A stretch of DNA of 64,000 nucleotides, from positions 32,001 to 96,000 of IMG/VR virus record IMGVR_UViG_3300022864_000001; one strand, 5' to 3'. Below, piece after piece: positions 45,277 through 53,939 of the stretch; positions within the stretch are counted from its first letter, which is position 1; each line of letters opens with the position of its first letter. The DNA comes from a virus. Under the pieces are notes generated by a model. The model saw only the letters and a program-made list of their open reading frames with translations. It made no database searches and was not told where the DNA came from. Position numbers and translations under genes: made by a program.

Positions 45277-45756
45277 TCAGTCGTCGGGTTTGCCATCCAG
45301 AGACGCCAGCGCCGTGTCTTCCAGGGCCTCTTGGGCCGCTTCGTCAGCAATCTCTTGTAATGCCACTACGAACCGATTGTCCACAGCCGCTTGCACGTCA
45401 GCTTTAGTAATACGTTCGTTGCGTCCCGTGCCCGTAACTTGACGCAAATCTATCGAGAATTCTCCTGCGAGCTTTCTTGCCGCCGCGGTGGCTTCTGGTT
45501 CGTCGGGTTCAGGAATGACAGGGACTTCTGTATCCAACGTTACAAAGCCCTTCTCGACCAAGCCGCGAGCATACCGGCCACCAGCTACAATAACAATTTC
45601 GTCAGGCTCGACCCAACCTATAGCTTTGTGGTCAGGCCCGGCCAGGACACTCCTGACGAGTACCCTCACTCTTACGCCGCGTGTTTCTTGCTTCTTCGGT
45701 TTCGCTAGGGCGTTGATTCCGTCTACCCACTGCTGGGGTGTCATTCTCTTGGGCAT
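45277..45756 (-). CDS. protein with E3-binding (PSBD-like) domain
   Basis: ATAAARKLAGEFSIDLRQVTGTGRNERITKADV. Confidence 0.75.
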   Translation of the reverse strand: MPKRMTPQQWVDGINALAKPKKQETRGVRVRVLVRSVLAGPDHKAIGWVEPDEIVIVAGGRYARGLVEKGFVTLDTEVPVIPEPDEPEATAAARKLAGEFSIDLRQVTGTGRNERITKADVQAAVDNRFVVALQEIADEAAQEALEDTALASLDGKPDD

Positions 45757-45823
45757 CTAGTGTCTCCTCTTGGCCATTGTGCGTTTTGTTATCAAAAGCG
45801 TCACATTCAGTGTCTCACGTAAG

Positions 45824-45892
45824 GGGTTGATTGTGTGTGCAATATGTTGCCGAAAACGGCACGCCTTGCACACATTGTCAACAAATCAATCC
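45824..45892. other. long imperfect intergenic hairpin
   Basis: TTGATT/AATCAA, TGTGTGCAA/TTGCACACA, TGCCG-AAAA-CGGCA. Confidence 0.6.
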
Positions 45893-45934
45893 TGGTTGTT
45901 TGCAGATGCTTACCCAACAGGCAACATCCTGCAC

Positions 45935-46759
45935 TCATGAGTCGCGACGATACCAAAAGTTAAAACGCAATACCTCGTCATCGCCGGCCGCATCATTGAG
46001 GTCTTGGGCATCGGTCAAGAACCATACGAAGTACAACGTACTCAGGGGGTGGAAATGTACGGGTTGGTTGTAGACGAATACGCTGCCGCCATTGGCGTCA
46101 AACCGCCAATCCCCCGCGGCTACGGTTATTTCCCCAATTATCGTAACCCTATCAGCAGCGGTCATTAGCGTGTCCCCTACGGCTATTGTTGGATTAGCAT
46201 CAAAGATGTATAGAATCCCCGCGCTGTCTTGAACTGCCCCGGCGCCGTCCTCGGTGGCGTAGAAACCAAAGTTCACGATTTCGCCACTGTGTGTCCCGGC
46301 CAAGGCTACGCCAACCGAACCCCCATAATCATCAGTGTTGACCTCTTCATCAATCCCGACCAATTCTGTCAGTCCCCCCTCTAGCAAAGCCGAAAATGGC
46401 TGAGTGTTCGCCACAGACATGCCCGCGGAATTTAGCACACCCTTGCCAGTAATCGTGATTGTGCCTGCGCTATAGATACTGACGCGGCAGCGGAATTGAC
46501 TTTCCCCTGCTATGGGGAGATAGAACAGGCCATCAGCAGTCGCGGTGGTTGATCTCACTCCTGTAGTGCGATTTATGGCCTCAACAGAATACCAGGTAGT
46601 CCCATCGATAGTAGCCTCAAAGGTTATCGTGTCCCCGCTTATGCCCTCTATCTGAAAGCCCACGCCCGCGATGCCGCCCGCGTCTATGGCGGTGCCATTC
46701 CCAACGCCCGTCGCAGCAGCCTGGAATGTGCAATTAAATGTTGTTACTTGATCTGCCAT
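45935..46759 (-). CDS. putative virion structural protein
   Basis: Beta-rich two-domain protein (ITFEATIDG..W). Confidence 0.6.
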   Translation of the reverse strand: MADQVTTFNCTFQAAATGVGNGTAIDAGGIAGVGFQIEGISGDTITFEATIDGTTWYSVEAINRTTGVRSTTATADGLFYLPIAGESQFRCRVSIYSAGTITITGKGVLNSAGMSVANTQPFSALLEGGLTELVGIDEEVNTDDYGGSVGVALAGTHSGEIVNFGFYATEDGAGAVQDSAGILYIFDANPTIAVGDTLMTAADRVTIIGEITVAAGDWRFDANGGSVFVYNQPVHFHPLSTLYFVWFLTDAQDLNDAAGDDEVLRFNFWYRRDS

Positions 46760-46776
46760 CAGTTATCTCCCTACTA

Positions 46777-47472
46777 TCATTCATGCCACTGCCGAATCTC
46801 TGGAAGTTCCCAGTTGCCTGCCCAAGCCCAGCCATTTCTGTGTTTTTGCCTACCAACATTCTTCACCCGTGGCACAGCGGGATAAATCTCATACAGCCCA
46901 TTGTCCTGCACGTGCCTCAGTATATGCTTGTCCCAACTTACGCCCGGTAGTGCCCATCCGACTTTCTGCCACCTGTCTTTCCACGTTGCCCATCCCCACG
47001 GATGGAAAAAACATCTTCGCCTTGCGTCCGCCCAATGCCTCTCGCTATGAGCAGCAAGTTGATCAGGCGTCATTGGTTTTGTGCCGGGCCGATGATAGGC
47101 TGTGACAGAGAAGACGGTTGCGTCCCGTTCGTATTCGTCTAGTGCCCACTCAAAATATCTTAGACTATCTGGCCCTGGTATACAATCATCCTCAAGAACA
47201 ATTACTCGGTCTCTTTGCGCAAAGACTTTCGTTAGCGCCTGCTGCATGTTCAGGCGAATGCCCATACGCTGTTCGTTGAAGAACCAGTGGTGTGCCCTAA
47301 AGAAGCCTGCGTCGCGTGCCCATTCAAGATGTTCGATAACCTCTGGCGGCCCAGGCTCAACAAATGCCCAATAGGTATACTCGCCTACGCCGTCGCATCT
47401 GGATAGTGCCTCAAGCAACTGGCGCGTGAAGCCGGGCCGATTATACAATGTAGACACAATGACGTTATCCAT
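46777..47472 (-). CDS. glycosyltransferase (GT-A, GNT-I-like)
   Basis: YNRP, VIVLEDD, WGWATWKDRW, RVKNVG. Confidence 0.82.
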   Translation of the reverse strand: MDNVIVSTLYNRPGFTRQLLEALSRCDGVGEYTYWAFVEPGPPEVIEHLEWARDAGFFRAHHWFFNEQRMGIRLNMQQALTKVFAQRDRVIVLEDDCIPGPDSLRYFEWALDEYERDATVFSVTAYHRPGTKPMTPDQLAAHSERHWADARRRCFFHPWGWATWKDRWQKVGWALPGVSWDKHILRHVQDNGLYEIYPAVPRVKNVGRQKHRNGWAWAGNWELPEIRQWHE

Positions 47473-47593
47473 ATATGAGATGCCACAGCAACAACGCCAA
47501 CAGGACAGTCAACGGAAGCGTGCCTATAGCCACAGCAAACACCTGCCGCCAAAACGGCGAGATTAGTTGCTTGCGCGATCTGTTTCTAGCCAC
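47465..47593 (-). CDS. small single-TM protein (42 aa, absent from the ORF track)
   Basis: GAGG RBS; MARNRSRK..LALLLWHLIYG. Confidence 0.45.
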   Translation of the reverse strand: MARNRSRKQLISPFWRQVFAVAIGTLPLTVLLALLLWHLIYG

Positions 47594-48344
47594 TTCTATC
47601 CTCATAATGTCCCGTGACACAGGCCCTCAGAATCAGAAGCCCAGACAAATCATCTTGTACAACAAAGCGCATCTTGTCTTCATCCTCTGCCCTCAATACA
47701 GTATCCCGCCCAAATTGCAACGATATGGTCAGGAACGTATTCGTTCCATCGTGAATGGCATTGGTTAACTCGGCACGTGGAAACCATAGCCAATCTGCAA
47801 GCTGCTTGAACGTATTTGAGAACGTTACCCCGCCAGCGTTGATGCGCTGATAGACTAACCCGCTTGCCAAACTCACGCCCAATAAATCGTCATACGCAAT
47901 TCCCGGCAGTGTGCCACCTGCCTCGTCGGTATCGTACGCAGCGGCGACCGAGATTTGCATGTTAGTTAGCCACAACCAAGTGCCCTTGTCAGCTTCTAGG
48001 CAAAACTCAATCGGCGTTCCTGTCTGCTCGAACTGAATATCATCCAGATAAAACTTGGGCGACTTGCCTTCTTTGGCAACGATGCGTATTCTCAGAGCGT
48101 CTATCGTCCCCGATATGAGACCCATATCTGTCAGGGGGATAGCCAACTTTATCCACGTGTCAAAGTTGCTCCAGTCAAAATAGTCTTCTAAGTTGACTGC
48201 TGTCCCGATAACCGCGCTTGTTCCTGTATCCCACCCATATACTTCAATGCTGTCGCCATTCTTCCAGTCTTTGTCTACGTAAATCCACGCACTGAGCGCA
48301 ACATAGCCCGAAACTGTTAGGTTGCTGCCCTTGTCAAATTGCAT
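47586..48344 (-). CDS. putative structural/carbohydrate-binding protein, probably 5'-truncated
   Basis: W.KLAIPLTD..FYLDDIQF; abuts the IscB fragment with no clear RBS. Confidence 0.55.
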   Translation of the reverse strand: MQFDKGSNLTVSGYVALSAWIYVDKDWKNGDSIEVYGWDTGTSAVIGTAVNLEDYFDWSNFDTWIKLAIPLTDMGLISGTIDALRIRIVAKEGKSPKFYLDDIQFEQTGTPIEFCLEADKGTWLWLTNMQISVAAAYDTDEAGGTLPGIAYDDLLGVSLASGLVYQRINAGGVTFSNTFKQLADWLWFPRAELTNAIHDGTNTFLTISLQFGRDTVLRAEDEDKMRFVVQDDLSGLLILRACVTGHYEDRSG

Positions 48345-48730
48345 AACATCGTTGACGGCGGCAATCTTCCACTGCGCTTGCTAGAAGCACGATTGTTGAA
48401 CCTCGGCGGACGATACCACTTTCTGCTGCGTCGCGCACGCCTGTTGGCCCGTCTGGCATCCATCTTTTTCTTGATGTCCAGGCGATGTCTCAATATGCCT
48501 GACATCAAGACTTGCCCATTCCCTACGCAACAAAACCCGGTGTGGTGACTGCCTTTGTCAACCCCCAATGTTACATCTTGCACATTCTCTTCGCAATCCC
48601 AGGTTAGTTGGATTGTGAATGGCTCGCGGTTGACTACGCGGGCTTTACCAGCTTCTAGTAAGTGACGCGCTTTAGCTGGCTTGCAGGGCATTAATTTGTT
48701 GCCATTCTTGTTGATTACGTATACTAACAT
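48317..48730 (-). pseudogene. iscB: truncated IscB (PLMP/RRXRR, RuvC-I and bridge helix only)
   Basis: VYVINKNGNKLMPC.PAKARHLL, PFTIQL, LGVDKGS, RRANRRARRSR, RFNNR..RLPPS, then unrelated sequence. Confidence 0.88.
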
Positions 48731-48952
48731 TCTGTCCTTACGACCTCCGTTAGTTAGAGTGAGTTGCTCCTCGCGGCTGTTAAGTAGGTTTGTCGCGCCT
48801 AGCACACATTCGCCTTTCGACTACCCTTAATGCTAGGCCACAGAGCTGAAAGCTGGAACAACACTCGCAGGTGTGATAGCCTACCTAACTTCTGCTACAA
48901 AGTAGCCCGCTGTTGGCCCCATACCCATGTCTGTCTATAGGTTTAGGGGCCA
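48731..48952 (-). ncRNA. omegaRNA (HEARO-type) of the IscB element
   Basis: About 220 nt structured region upstream of iscB: GGCCCC/GGGGCC hairpin, CACACCT..TTCCAGC..CTCTG, CCTAGCA/TGCTAGG, CGCGAGG. Confidence 0.78.
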
Positions 48953-49035
48953 TTACTCTTTCTACACATGGTAGATGAGCTATTCTTCGTTAGAAACGTC
49001 ACCGCCCCCCGTTGGCGGGCGTCGGGCTGGAGATG

Positions 49036-49653
49036 CTATCTCCAGGGGGGTTCAGCAAGCGCCGCTGTCTCACAGACGGGGGCTGCGGTTGCCGGATGGG
49101 GGTTGGCACAGCAACCCACCAGTTCTGCTTTTGCCTGCTCCCAGGGCACGGTCTCGCCAGCTCTATAGGCTTGCACGGCCTCACGTGCGGCCTGGGCGTC
49201 TTCCAGGTCTTCAAGTACCTCAACGAGAGCGTGGGCTAGTTTTCTATGTAGGCTAACCCGATATGGCGCCCTTGCCTTTTTTAGCGCCTGGTGAGCAGCG
49301 TCAAGCTGCATGAAACAAGCCTCACACCTCGCAATCATACCCTTGCTATCCGTGATGTCATAGATTGAAGAGGCCGCAGCAATATACACATCATAGTCGC
49401 GGTAAGCCTCTTCAATGCCGCTAAGGGCACGGTCATACTCTTCATAAGCAGGCTCAGTAGCTAGGCGATAGCGAGCCCTGTCTGGGCCGTGCAATAGATG
49501 CGAAGCAATCCATCCTACATTCAGCCCCAGTTCAGCAGCCCGCAACATATTGTCCAACGTTACTTCTGCGCCATCAGGCCACTCAGATTCAAACGTGAGA
49601 GCCTCGTCTTCCCAGGTATTGTGCTCCCGTAGAAACCCCGATGTGATTTTCAT
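49036..49653 (-). CDS. hypothetical protein
   Basis: GAGGGG RBS; helical; C-terminal antitoxin-like tail. Confidence 0.6.
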   Translation of the reverse strand: MKITSGFLREHNTWEDEALTFESEWPDGAEVTLDNMLRAAELGLNVGWIASHLLHGPDRARYRLATEPAYEEYDRALSGIEEAYRDYDVYIAAASSIYDITDSKGMIARCEACFMQLDAAHQALKKARAPYRVSLHRKLAHALVEVLEDLEDAQAAREAVQAYRAGETVPWEQAKAELVGCCANPHPATAAPVCETAALAEPPWR

Positions 49654-49674
49654 ATTCCCCTCAACGTTGTCTAA

Positions 49675-49746
49675 TAGGGCAGGGCGGACTTGAACCGCCG
49701 ACCGCGCCCTTATCAGAGGCGTGCTCTACCGCTGAGCTACTACCCT
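49675..49746 (-). tRNA. tRNA-Ile(GAT)
   Basis: Cloverleaf; CGCCT-CTGATAA-GGGCG; TTCAAGT T loop; CCA not encoded. Confidence 0.9.
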
Positions 49747-49753
49747 CGGTAAA

Positions 49754-49825
49754 CAGGCCAGACAGGATTCGAACCTGCATCCCGCGGTTTTGGAGACCGC
49801 TGCTCCGCCGTTGAGCTACTGGCCT
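49754..49825 (-). tRNA. tRNA-Trp(CCA)
   Basis: Cloverleaf; GCGGT-CTCCAAA-ACCGC; G discriminator. Confidence 0.9.
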
Positions 49826-49842
49826 AGCGCCATTGATGGCAA

Positions 49843-49917
49843 AGCCGAGAGCGAGATTTGAACTCGCGGCCTGCAGGCTACAAAGCTGCTGCTCTTGCCA
49901 AACTGAGCTATCTCGGC
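49843..49917 (-). tRNA. tRNA-Thr(TGT), atypical
   Basis: GCCGAGA/TCTCGGC acceptor; GCAGC-TTTGTAG-CCTGC with C.C mismatch. Confidence 0.7.
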
Positions 49918-49920
49918 ACG

Positions 49921-49949
49921 ATTATACCTAAGAAAGTGATATATGTCAA
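49921..49949 (-). promoter_or_regulatory. sigma70-type promoter for the tRNA cluster
   Basis: TTGACA-17-TATAAT. Confidence 0.75.
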
Positions 49950-49951
49950 AT

Positions 49952-50812
49952 CTACCAGTCCTCGAAATCGAGTCGCTTGAGCCAGTTGTCGGGGTCGGTC
50001 TCTTGGAAAAGCCTCACATGCTCTGGCGTAAAGACATCCCGCCACCCACCTACCAGCCCCTTACGAAATGTCGGGGACTTCTTCGTGTCCTGCCCAGAAG
50101 CAACCATCGCCGTTACGACACGATCCATCGTCTTGTCATCAATCTTGGGCGGTGCGACTTCCATACAGCCCGCCAGGCGCTTCATGCCGTATTCTACGAT
50201 GCGTTGTGCTGTCTCTGCCGGATGTAACCGAGCGTCTTTGTACCGAACTGAGCAAACCCAGTCTTGGTCTAACCACGGCGCGTACAGTTCCCAACGCTCC
50301 ATCACGCCAGGATAATATACAGGGCCATACTTGCTATCATCCACCTGAAGTCCAGTGATAACTGCTGACAACGCTTCGTTGAAGCCGCCAAGTCTTCGGT
50401 ACGCCGCTTTGTCTAGGTGTCTGTCCTGCTCGCGTTTGCTGAGAATATGGTGCGTCTGCGACACGGCCACGTCTCTGAGGTCGCGGTAGATGAATGTCAT
50501 GGCCAAACCAGCATAGTCCAATATGGCACTTATTTCCGTGTTGTACCCACAGTGCCCGAAGTGGTAGTATCCAGGTCTCGTTTGGCATAGCGCATAGGTC
50601 ACGTATCTTACGTTGTGCCAGTCGTTCGTCCAGGCGTGATAGGCGAATGAGCTGATCATCGTGCCCAACTTGGCGTACCGGCGAGCTGGCATCATGCGCG
50701 CGAAGGGCTGCAACATGGATTTGACCAAGTGAAGTCCGGCTTTGGGAAAACCGTTGCAGTACCAGCTCGGAGCTAAAATTGTCTCCGGTGGTGTGTCGGC
50801 CATGCCGCGCAT
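49952..50812 (-). CDS. PAPS-dependent sulfotransferase
   Basis: GFPKAGLHL (5'PSB-like), YRDLRDVAVS (3'PB), TFRKGLVGGW. Confidence 0.85.
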   Translation of the reverse strand: MRGMADTPPETILAPSWYCNGFPKAGLHLVKSMLQPFARMMPARRYAKLGTMISSFAYHAWTNDWHNVRYVTYALCQTRPGYYHFGHCGYNTEISAILDYAGLAMTFIYRDLRDVAVSQTHHILSKREQDRHLDKAAYRRLGGFNEALSAVITGLQVDDSKYGPVYYPGVMERWELYAPWLDQDWVCSVRYKDARLHPAETAQRIVEYGMKRLAGCMEVAPPKIDDKTMDRVVTAMVASGQDTKKSPTFRKGLVGGWRDVFTPEHVRLFQETDPDNWLKRLDFEDW

Positions 50813-50823
50813 TTCGACGGATT

Positions 50824-51168
50824 TCAAAGGGCTGCCTCTAACCGCTGCCATAGCTCCATTGCGCTTGCGATGATACTCCGGATCGCCGTCACAGTTTCCA
50901 ACCACCCCTCAAATTCGGGTTCAGCAGGCATGGTGTCCATATAGTATTCGATCGCGGCAACAGGGTCTGGCGGCGGAATGCTATGATGCTTCTCTTCGTA
51001 GGCATCTAATAGAATGGTAAGCACCTCAAGTCTGTCGGCATCAGGCGCGTCGGCCTTCGTCTCCCACAGCTCGTCGATCTGAGCCATGGCCCAGTCATAG
51101 TCCTCTTTAGTCTTGATTGGCCTAACGTCCACAGCCACCCCTAAGCAGTTATTTGATTTGTTTCCCAT
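50824..51168 (-). CDS. HigA-like antitoxin N-terminal domain lacking the HTH
   Basis: RPIKTKEDYD.A...IDELW..DRLEVL.ILL.AYE..H..IPPPDPV.AI. Confidence 0.75.
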   Translation of the reverse strand: MGNKSNNCLGVAVDVRPIKTKEDYDWAMAQIDELWETKADAPDADRLEVLTILLDAYEEKHHSIPPPDPVAAIEYYMDTMPAEPEFEGWLETVTAIRSIIASAMELWQRLEAAL

Positions 51169-51173
51169 GTCTC

Positions 51174-51261
51174 ACCTCTTGTTTGAAACTATCTCTTGGT
51201 TTGGAAGGGGCGGGCAGCGAGCCAAGAGGTTCTCGCGTTTAGCCGTCGCCTAGCCCGCCCC
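51174..51261 (-). ncRNA. structured leader with anti-RBS loop
   Basis: GGGGCGGGC/GCCCGCCCC stem enclosing ACCTCTTGG, complementary to downstream CCAAGAG and CAAGAGGT (RBS). Confidence 0.55.
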
Positions 51262-51275
51262 GTATTTTCTAACTC

Positions 51276-51303
51276 ATTATACTTATGTTCGTAATTCTGT
51301 CAA
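51276..51303 (-). promoter_or_regulatory. sigma70-type promoter
   Basis: TTGACA-16-TATAAT. Confidence 0.7.
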
Positions 51304-51319
51304 ATCGAGCAAGCTAGAC

Positions 51320-53848
51320 TCACCCACGCAGTACGCCCGCGTAGACGAAATCCACGTCTGCAGATTTTGACGTAGTAGTCGTTGAGTTGACCACTACTGT
51401 AGCGAAGAGATTCACGTCAGGCGAAACGCCCACGTCTCCCGTCAGCGTGCCCTCAAGCACTCCGTCTATGAAGAATTTTATTTCTGAGCCGTCTGCAGAA
51501 ACCTCGATCCTCAAGAGATTAAACACGTCAGCCACTGGCGCGGTACCCGTAGTCGCGTTGCCTGCGTCTTGCACTGTACTATCAACTGCGCACATAAAAA
51601 ATTGATCGACGGTCGAATCCGTGTCATATGTGAAGCAAGCTGCGTCATTGGCGACAGCGGTTACGGTTCCCGCGGCGATTGTGAACGGCTCTTCCAGTGC
51701 GGTAGAGTCGGTAAACCCTGCATTCACAGAGATGTCCGTGATGGCGGTGTCGATATTCAGCCTAGTTTCAAAGACCAGTCCGCCGTTATCGGCCTGCATC
51801 GGGATATGGCATACTATTTGCGAAGCATCAGCAGCCGTTACGCCAGAAGCATCACCAGTTGTTAGCCGGATAACGCCGTTCTCCTGTGTAGCGAGAATCG
51901 CGGCGTCAATAGCCTCGGTATCCGTACCAGCATTGAGTATCCACGGCGTGTCGTTTTCGGTAATCGCTTGATACAGGAAGTCGTCGAATATCTCGAAGTA
52001 CGTCTCGTGCTTCTGCCCTAGTTCCATATCCACCGGCACACCGAACTCAACTTCCTCAAAGTCATTTAGTGTATTGACGGTGATATAGTCGTTGGTCGCT
52101 TCCTGGATGTCCAGGGCCGTTGCTACGTTGTCAGATAGTGCGACGATCAACGACTGTCCTGCTACTGCGTCGATAGTGCCGTCGCCGGTACCAGGTTGGT
52201 CAGAGAAAGTCGTAGTGCCATTGAGCGTGATGCTCCCTACTGTGCCAGCACCTACGCCGGTAGCGCCTGCGGTTATGACGATTTCACCAGCAGCGCCCGC
52301 GGTTGCTCCAGCGGTTCCGCCTGTGATAGTAACGCCGCCGCCAGCAGCAGTGCCCGAAGCAGGCGTGCCGCCGTCAATTGTAACAGCGCCACCAGCCCCA
52401 GCTGCTCCGCCAGCTCCACCGTCGATGTCGATTGCGCCACCGGCGTTCGCTCCGTCGCCAGCGCCGCCTGTGACTGCTACCGCGCCGCCAACGTCTGCCG
52501 CGCCTGCTCCGCCATCGATGTCGATAGCCCCGCCTGCGCCTGCTGTAGCGGATGCTCCGCCTACGATGGTAACGTCTCCGCCGATGCCAGCCGTTGCTCC
52601 GGCTGCGCCGCCTGCGACACTGACGTCTCCGCCAGCGGCAGTGGCAGTCCCGACACCGCCAACGATGTCTACGGCCCCACCTGCGCCATCAGCCCCGCCG
52701 ATCCCGCCATTTATCGCTACTGGGCCGCCAGCTCCGGCTGCCCCGCCAGTTCCACCGTCGACGTCGATTGTGCCACCAGCGAAGGCGCCGTTTCCTGCGC
52801 CGCCCATGATTTCTACGTTACCACCGAGGGCTCCGGTTCCTGCCCCGCCGTCGATGTCTACAGCCCCACCAGCGCCTGCTGTAGCTGACGCTCCGCCGAC
52901 GACGTTTACGTCGCCGCCGACGCCCGCTGTCCCAGCCGCGCCGCCCGCGATATCGACAGCGCCGCCATTAGCGGCAGTATTGCCTATACCGCCGGTGACT
53001 GTAACTGGGCCACCAGCCCCATTTACTCCGCCAAGGCCGCCGTCGATGTCTATCGTACCACCGGCAAAAGCGGCATTTCCTGCGCCGCCTGTGAGCTCAA
53101 CATTTCCGCCAACGGCAGCTGCTCCAGCGCCAGCATTAATGTCCACGTCCCCACCGGCGCCTGCGGTATCCCCTGCACCGCCAATGATGTTTACGTCACC
53201 ACCATCGCCGGCGGTTGTAGCATCAGTGCTTTGTAGCCCAAGGTCTTCTCCCTCTACTGTGACGATAGAGCCTGCACCCGTTCCCGCTGCGTCTGAAAGC
53301 GTCAGGCCCGCGTTTGCCGTGATGCCACCACTAGCATGGAGTATCATCGTTGGCAAAGTAGCATGGCTTGCAAGGGTAATCATATCCTCGTAAGTTGTTA
53401 CGCCAACGTCGTAAGCCTGCAAGTTCAGAGCATCGCCAGCCACAAGGCCGCAGCGGATGTCGATGTCGTTGCTGCTTCCTACTAGGGCGATGTCGTCACC
53501 AGAACTTCCCAACGTCATATAGTTATCCGCGTTGGCATCATAGATGATGATTTGCGGATACGTGGCGGCTGCCAACGCTTTGTCGGCAGTCATGTCAGCC
53601 TTTTCCAGGACGATTAGCGTATTACTGGCCCCAAGGCCCAAAAGCAAGGCGTCCTGTGTTTGGTTAGTATCCCATTCAAGCGCGCAATCAGTGCCTGTAC
53701 CGATGATAAGCTGGGTGTCGTCTATGAAAGTCACGCTACCCTGAAAATCTACAGTACCACCCGATTGCACCTCAATTTCTCCGCCGGAGGCTATAACTAA
53801 CTTGTCGCCTCCCGTTTCCAAATATACAGTCGTATTATATTGACTCAT
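51320..53848 (-). CDS. Gly-rich repeat head fibre/decoration protein with C-terminal lectin-like domain
   Basis: Directly after the capsid genes; about 20 GGxVxIxGGxG repeats; FDDF..W..KFFIDG C-terminal domain. Confidence 0.7.
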   Translation of the reverse strand: MSQYNTTVYLETGGDKLVIASGGEIEVQSGGTVDFQGSVTFIDDTQLIIGTGTDCALEWDTNQTQDALLLGLGASNTLIVLEKADMTADKALAAATYPQIIIYDANADNYMTLGSSGDDIALVGSSNDIDIRCGLVAGDALNLQAYDVGVTTYEDMITLASHATLPTMILHASGGITANAGLTLSDAAGTGAGSIVTVEGEDLGLQSTDATTAGDGGDVNIIGGAGDTAGAGGDVDINAGAGAAAVGGNVELTGGAGNAAFAGGTIDIDGGLGGVNGAGGPVTVTGGIGNTAANGGAVDIAGGAAGTAGVGGDVNVVGGASATAGAGGAVDIDGGAGTGALGGNVEIMGGAGNGAFAGGTIDVDGGTGGAAGAGGPVAINGGIGGADGAGGAVDIVGGVGTATAAGGDVSVAGGAAGATAGIGGDVTIVGGASATAGAGGAIDIDGGAGAADVGGAVAVTGGAGDGANAGGAIDIDGGAGGAAGAGGAVTIDGGTPASGTAAGGGVTITGGTAGATAGAAGEIVITAGATGVGAGTVGSITLNGTTTFSDQPGTGDGTIDAVAGQSLIVALSDNVATALDIQEATNDYITVNTLNDFEEVEFGVPVDMELGQKHETYFEIFDDFLYQAITENDTPWILNAGTDTEAIDAAILATQENGVIRLTTGDASGVTAADASQIVCHIPMQADNGGLVFETRLNIDTAITDISVNAGFTDSTALEEPFTIAAGTVTAVANDAACFTYDTDSTVDQFFMCAVDSTVQDAGNATTGTAPVADVFNLLRIEVSADGSEIKFFIDGVLEGTLTGDVGVSPDVNLFATVVVNSTTTTSKSADVDFVYAGVLRG

Positions 53849-53901
53849 ATTTCACCCCTAAGTCTAAGGGGCATCTTCATACCCCCCATTATTCTGTTGT
53901 A

Positions 53902-53933
53902 AGCCGGGGGCGAACAGAAGCCCGCCCCCAGCC
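53902..53933 (-). terminator. GC-rich hairpin after the capsid genes
   Basis: GCTGGGGGCGGGC-TTCT-GTTCGCCCCCGGC; weak U tract. Confidence 0.45.
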
Positions 53934-53939
53934 CAAGGT

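Noticed and set aside
48959-48976. TTTCTAC-ACATG-GTAGAT resembles a Cas12a repeat hairpin
   Set aside because: Single copy, lacks the AAT prefix and the conserved T after TCTAC, no spacers or cas genes; plausibly chance.
52092-53393. 433-aa Pro/Ala-rich + strand ORF (and similar ones at 26382 and 23379)
   Set aside because: Antisense shadows of the Gly-rich fibre and tape measure genes.
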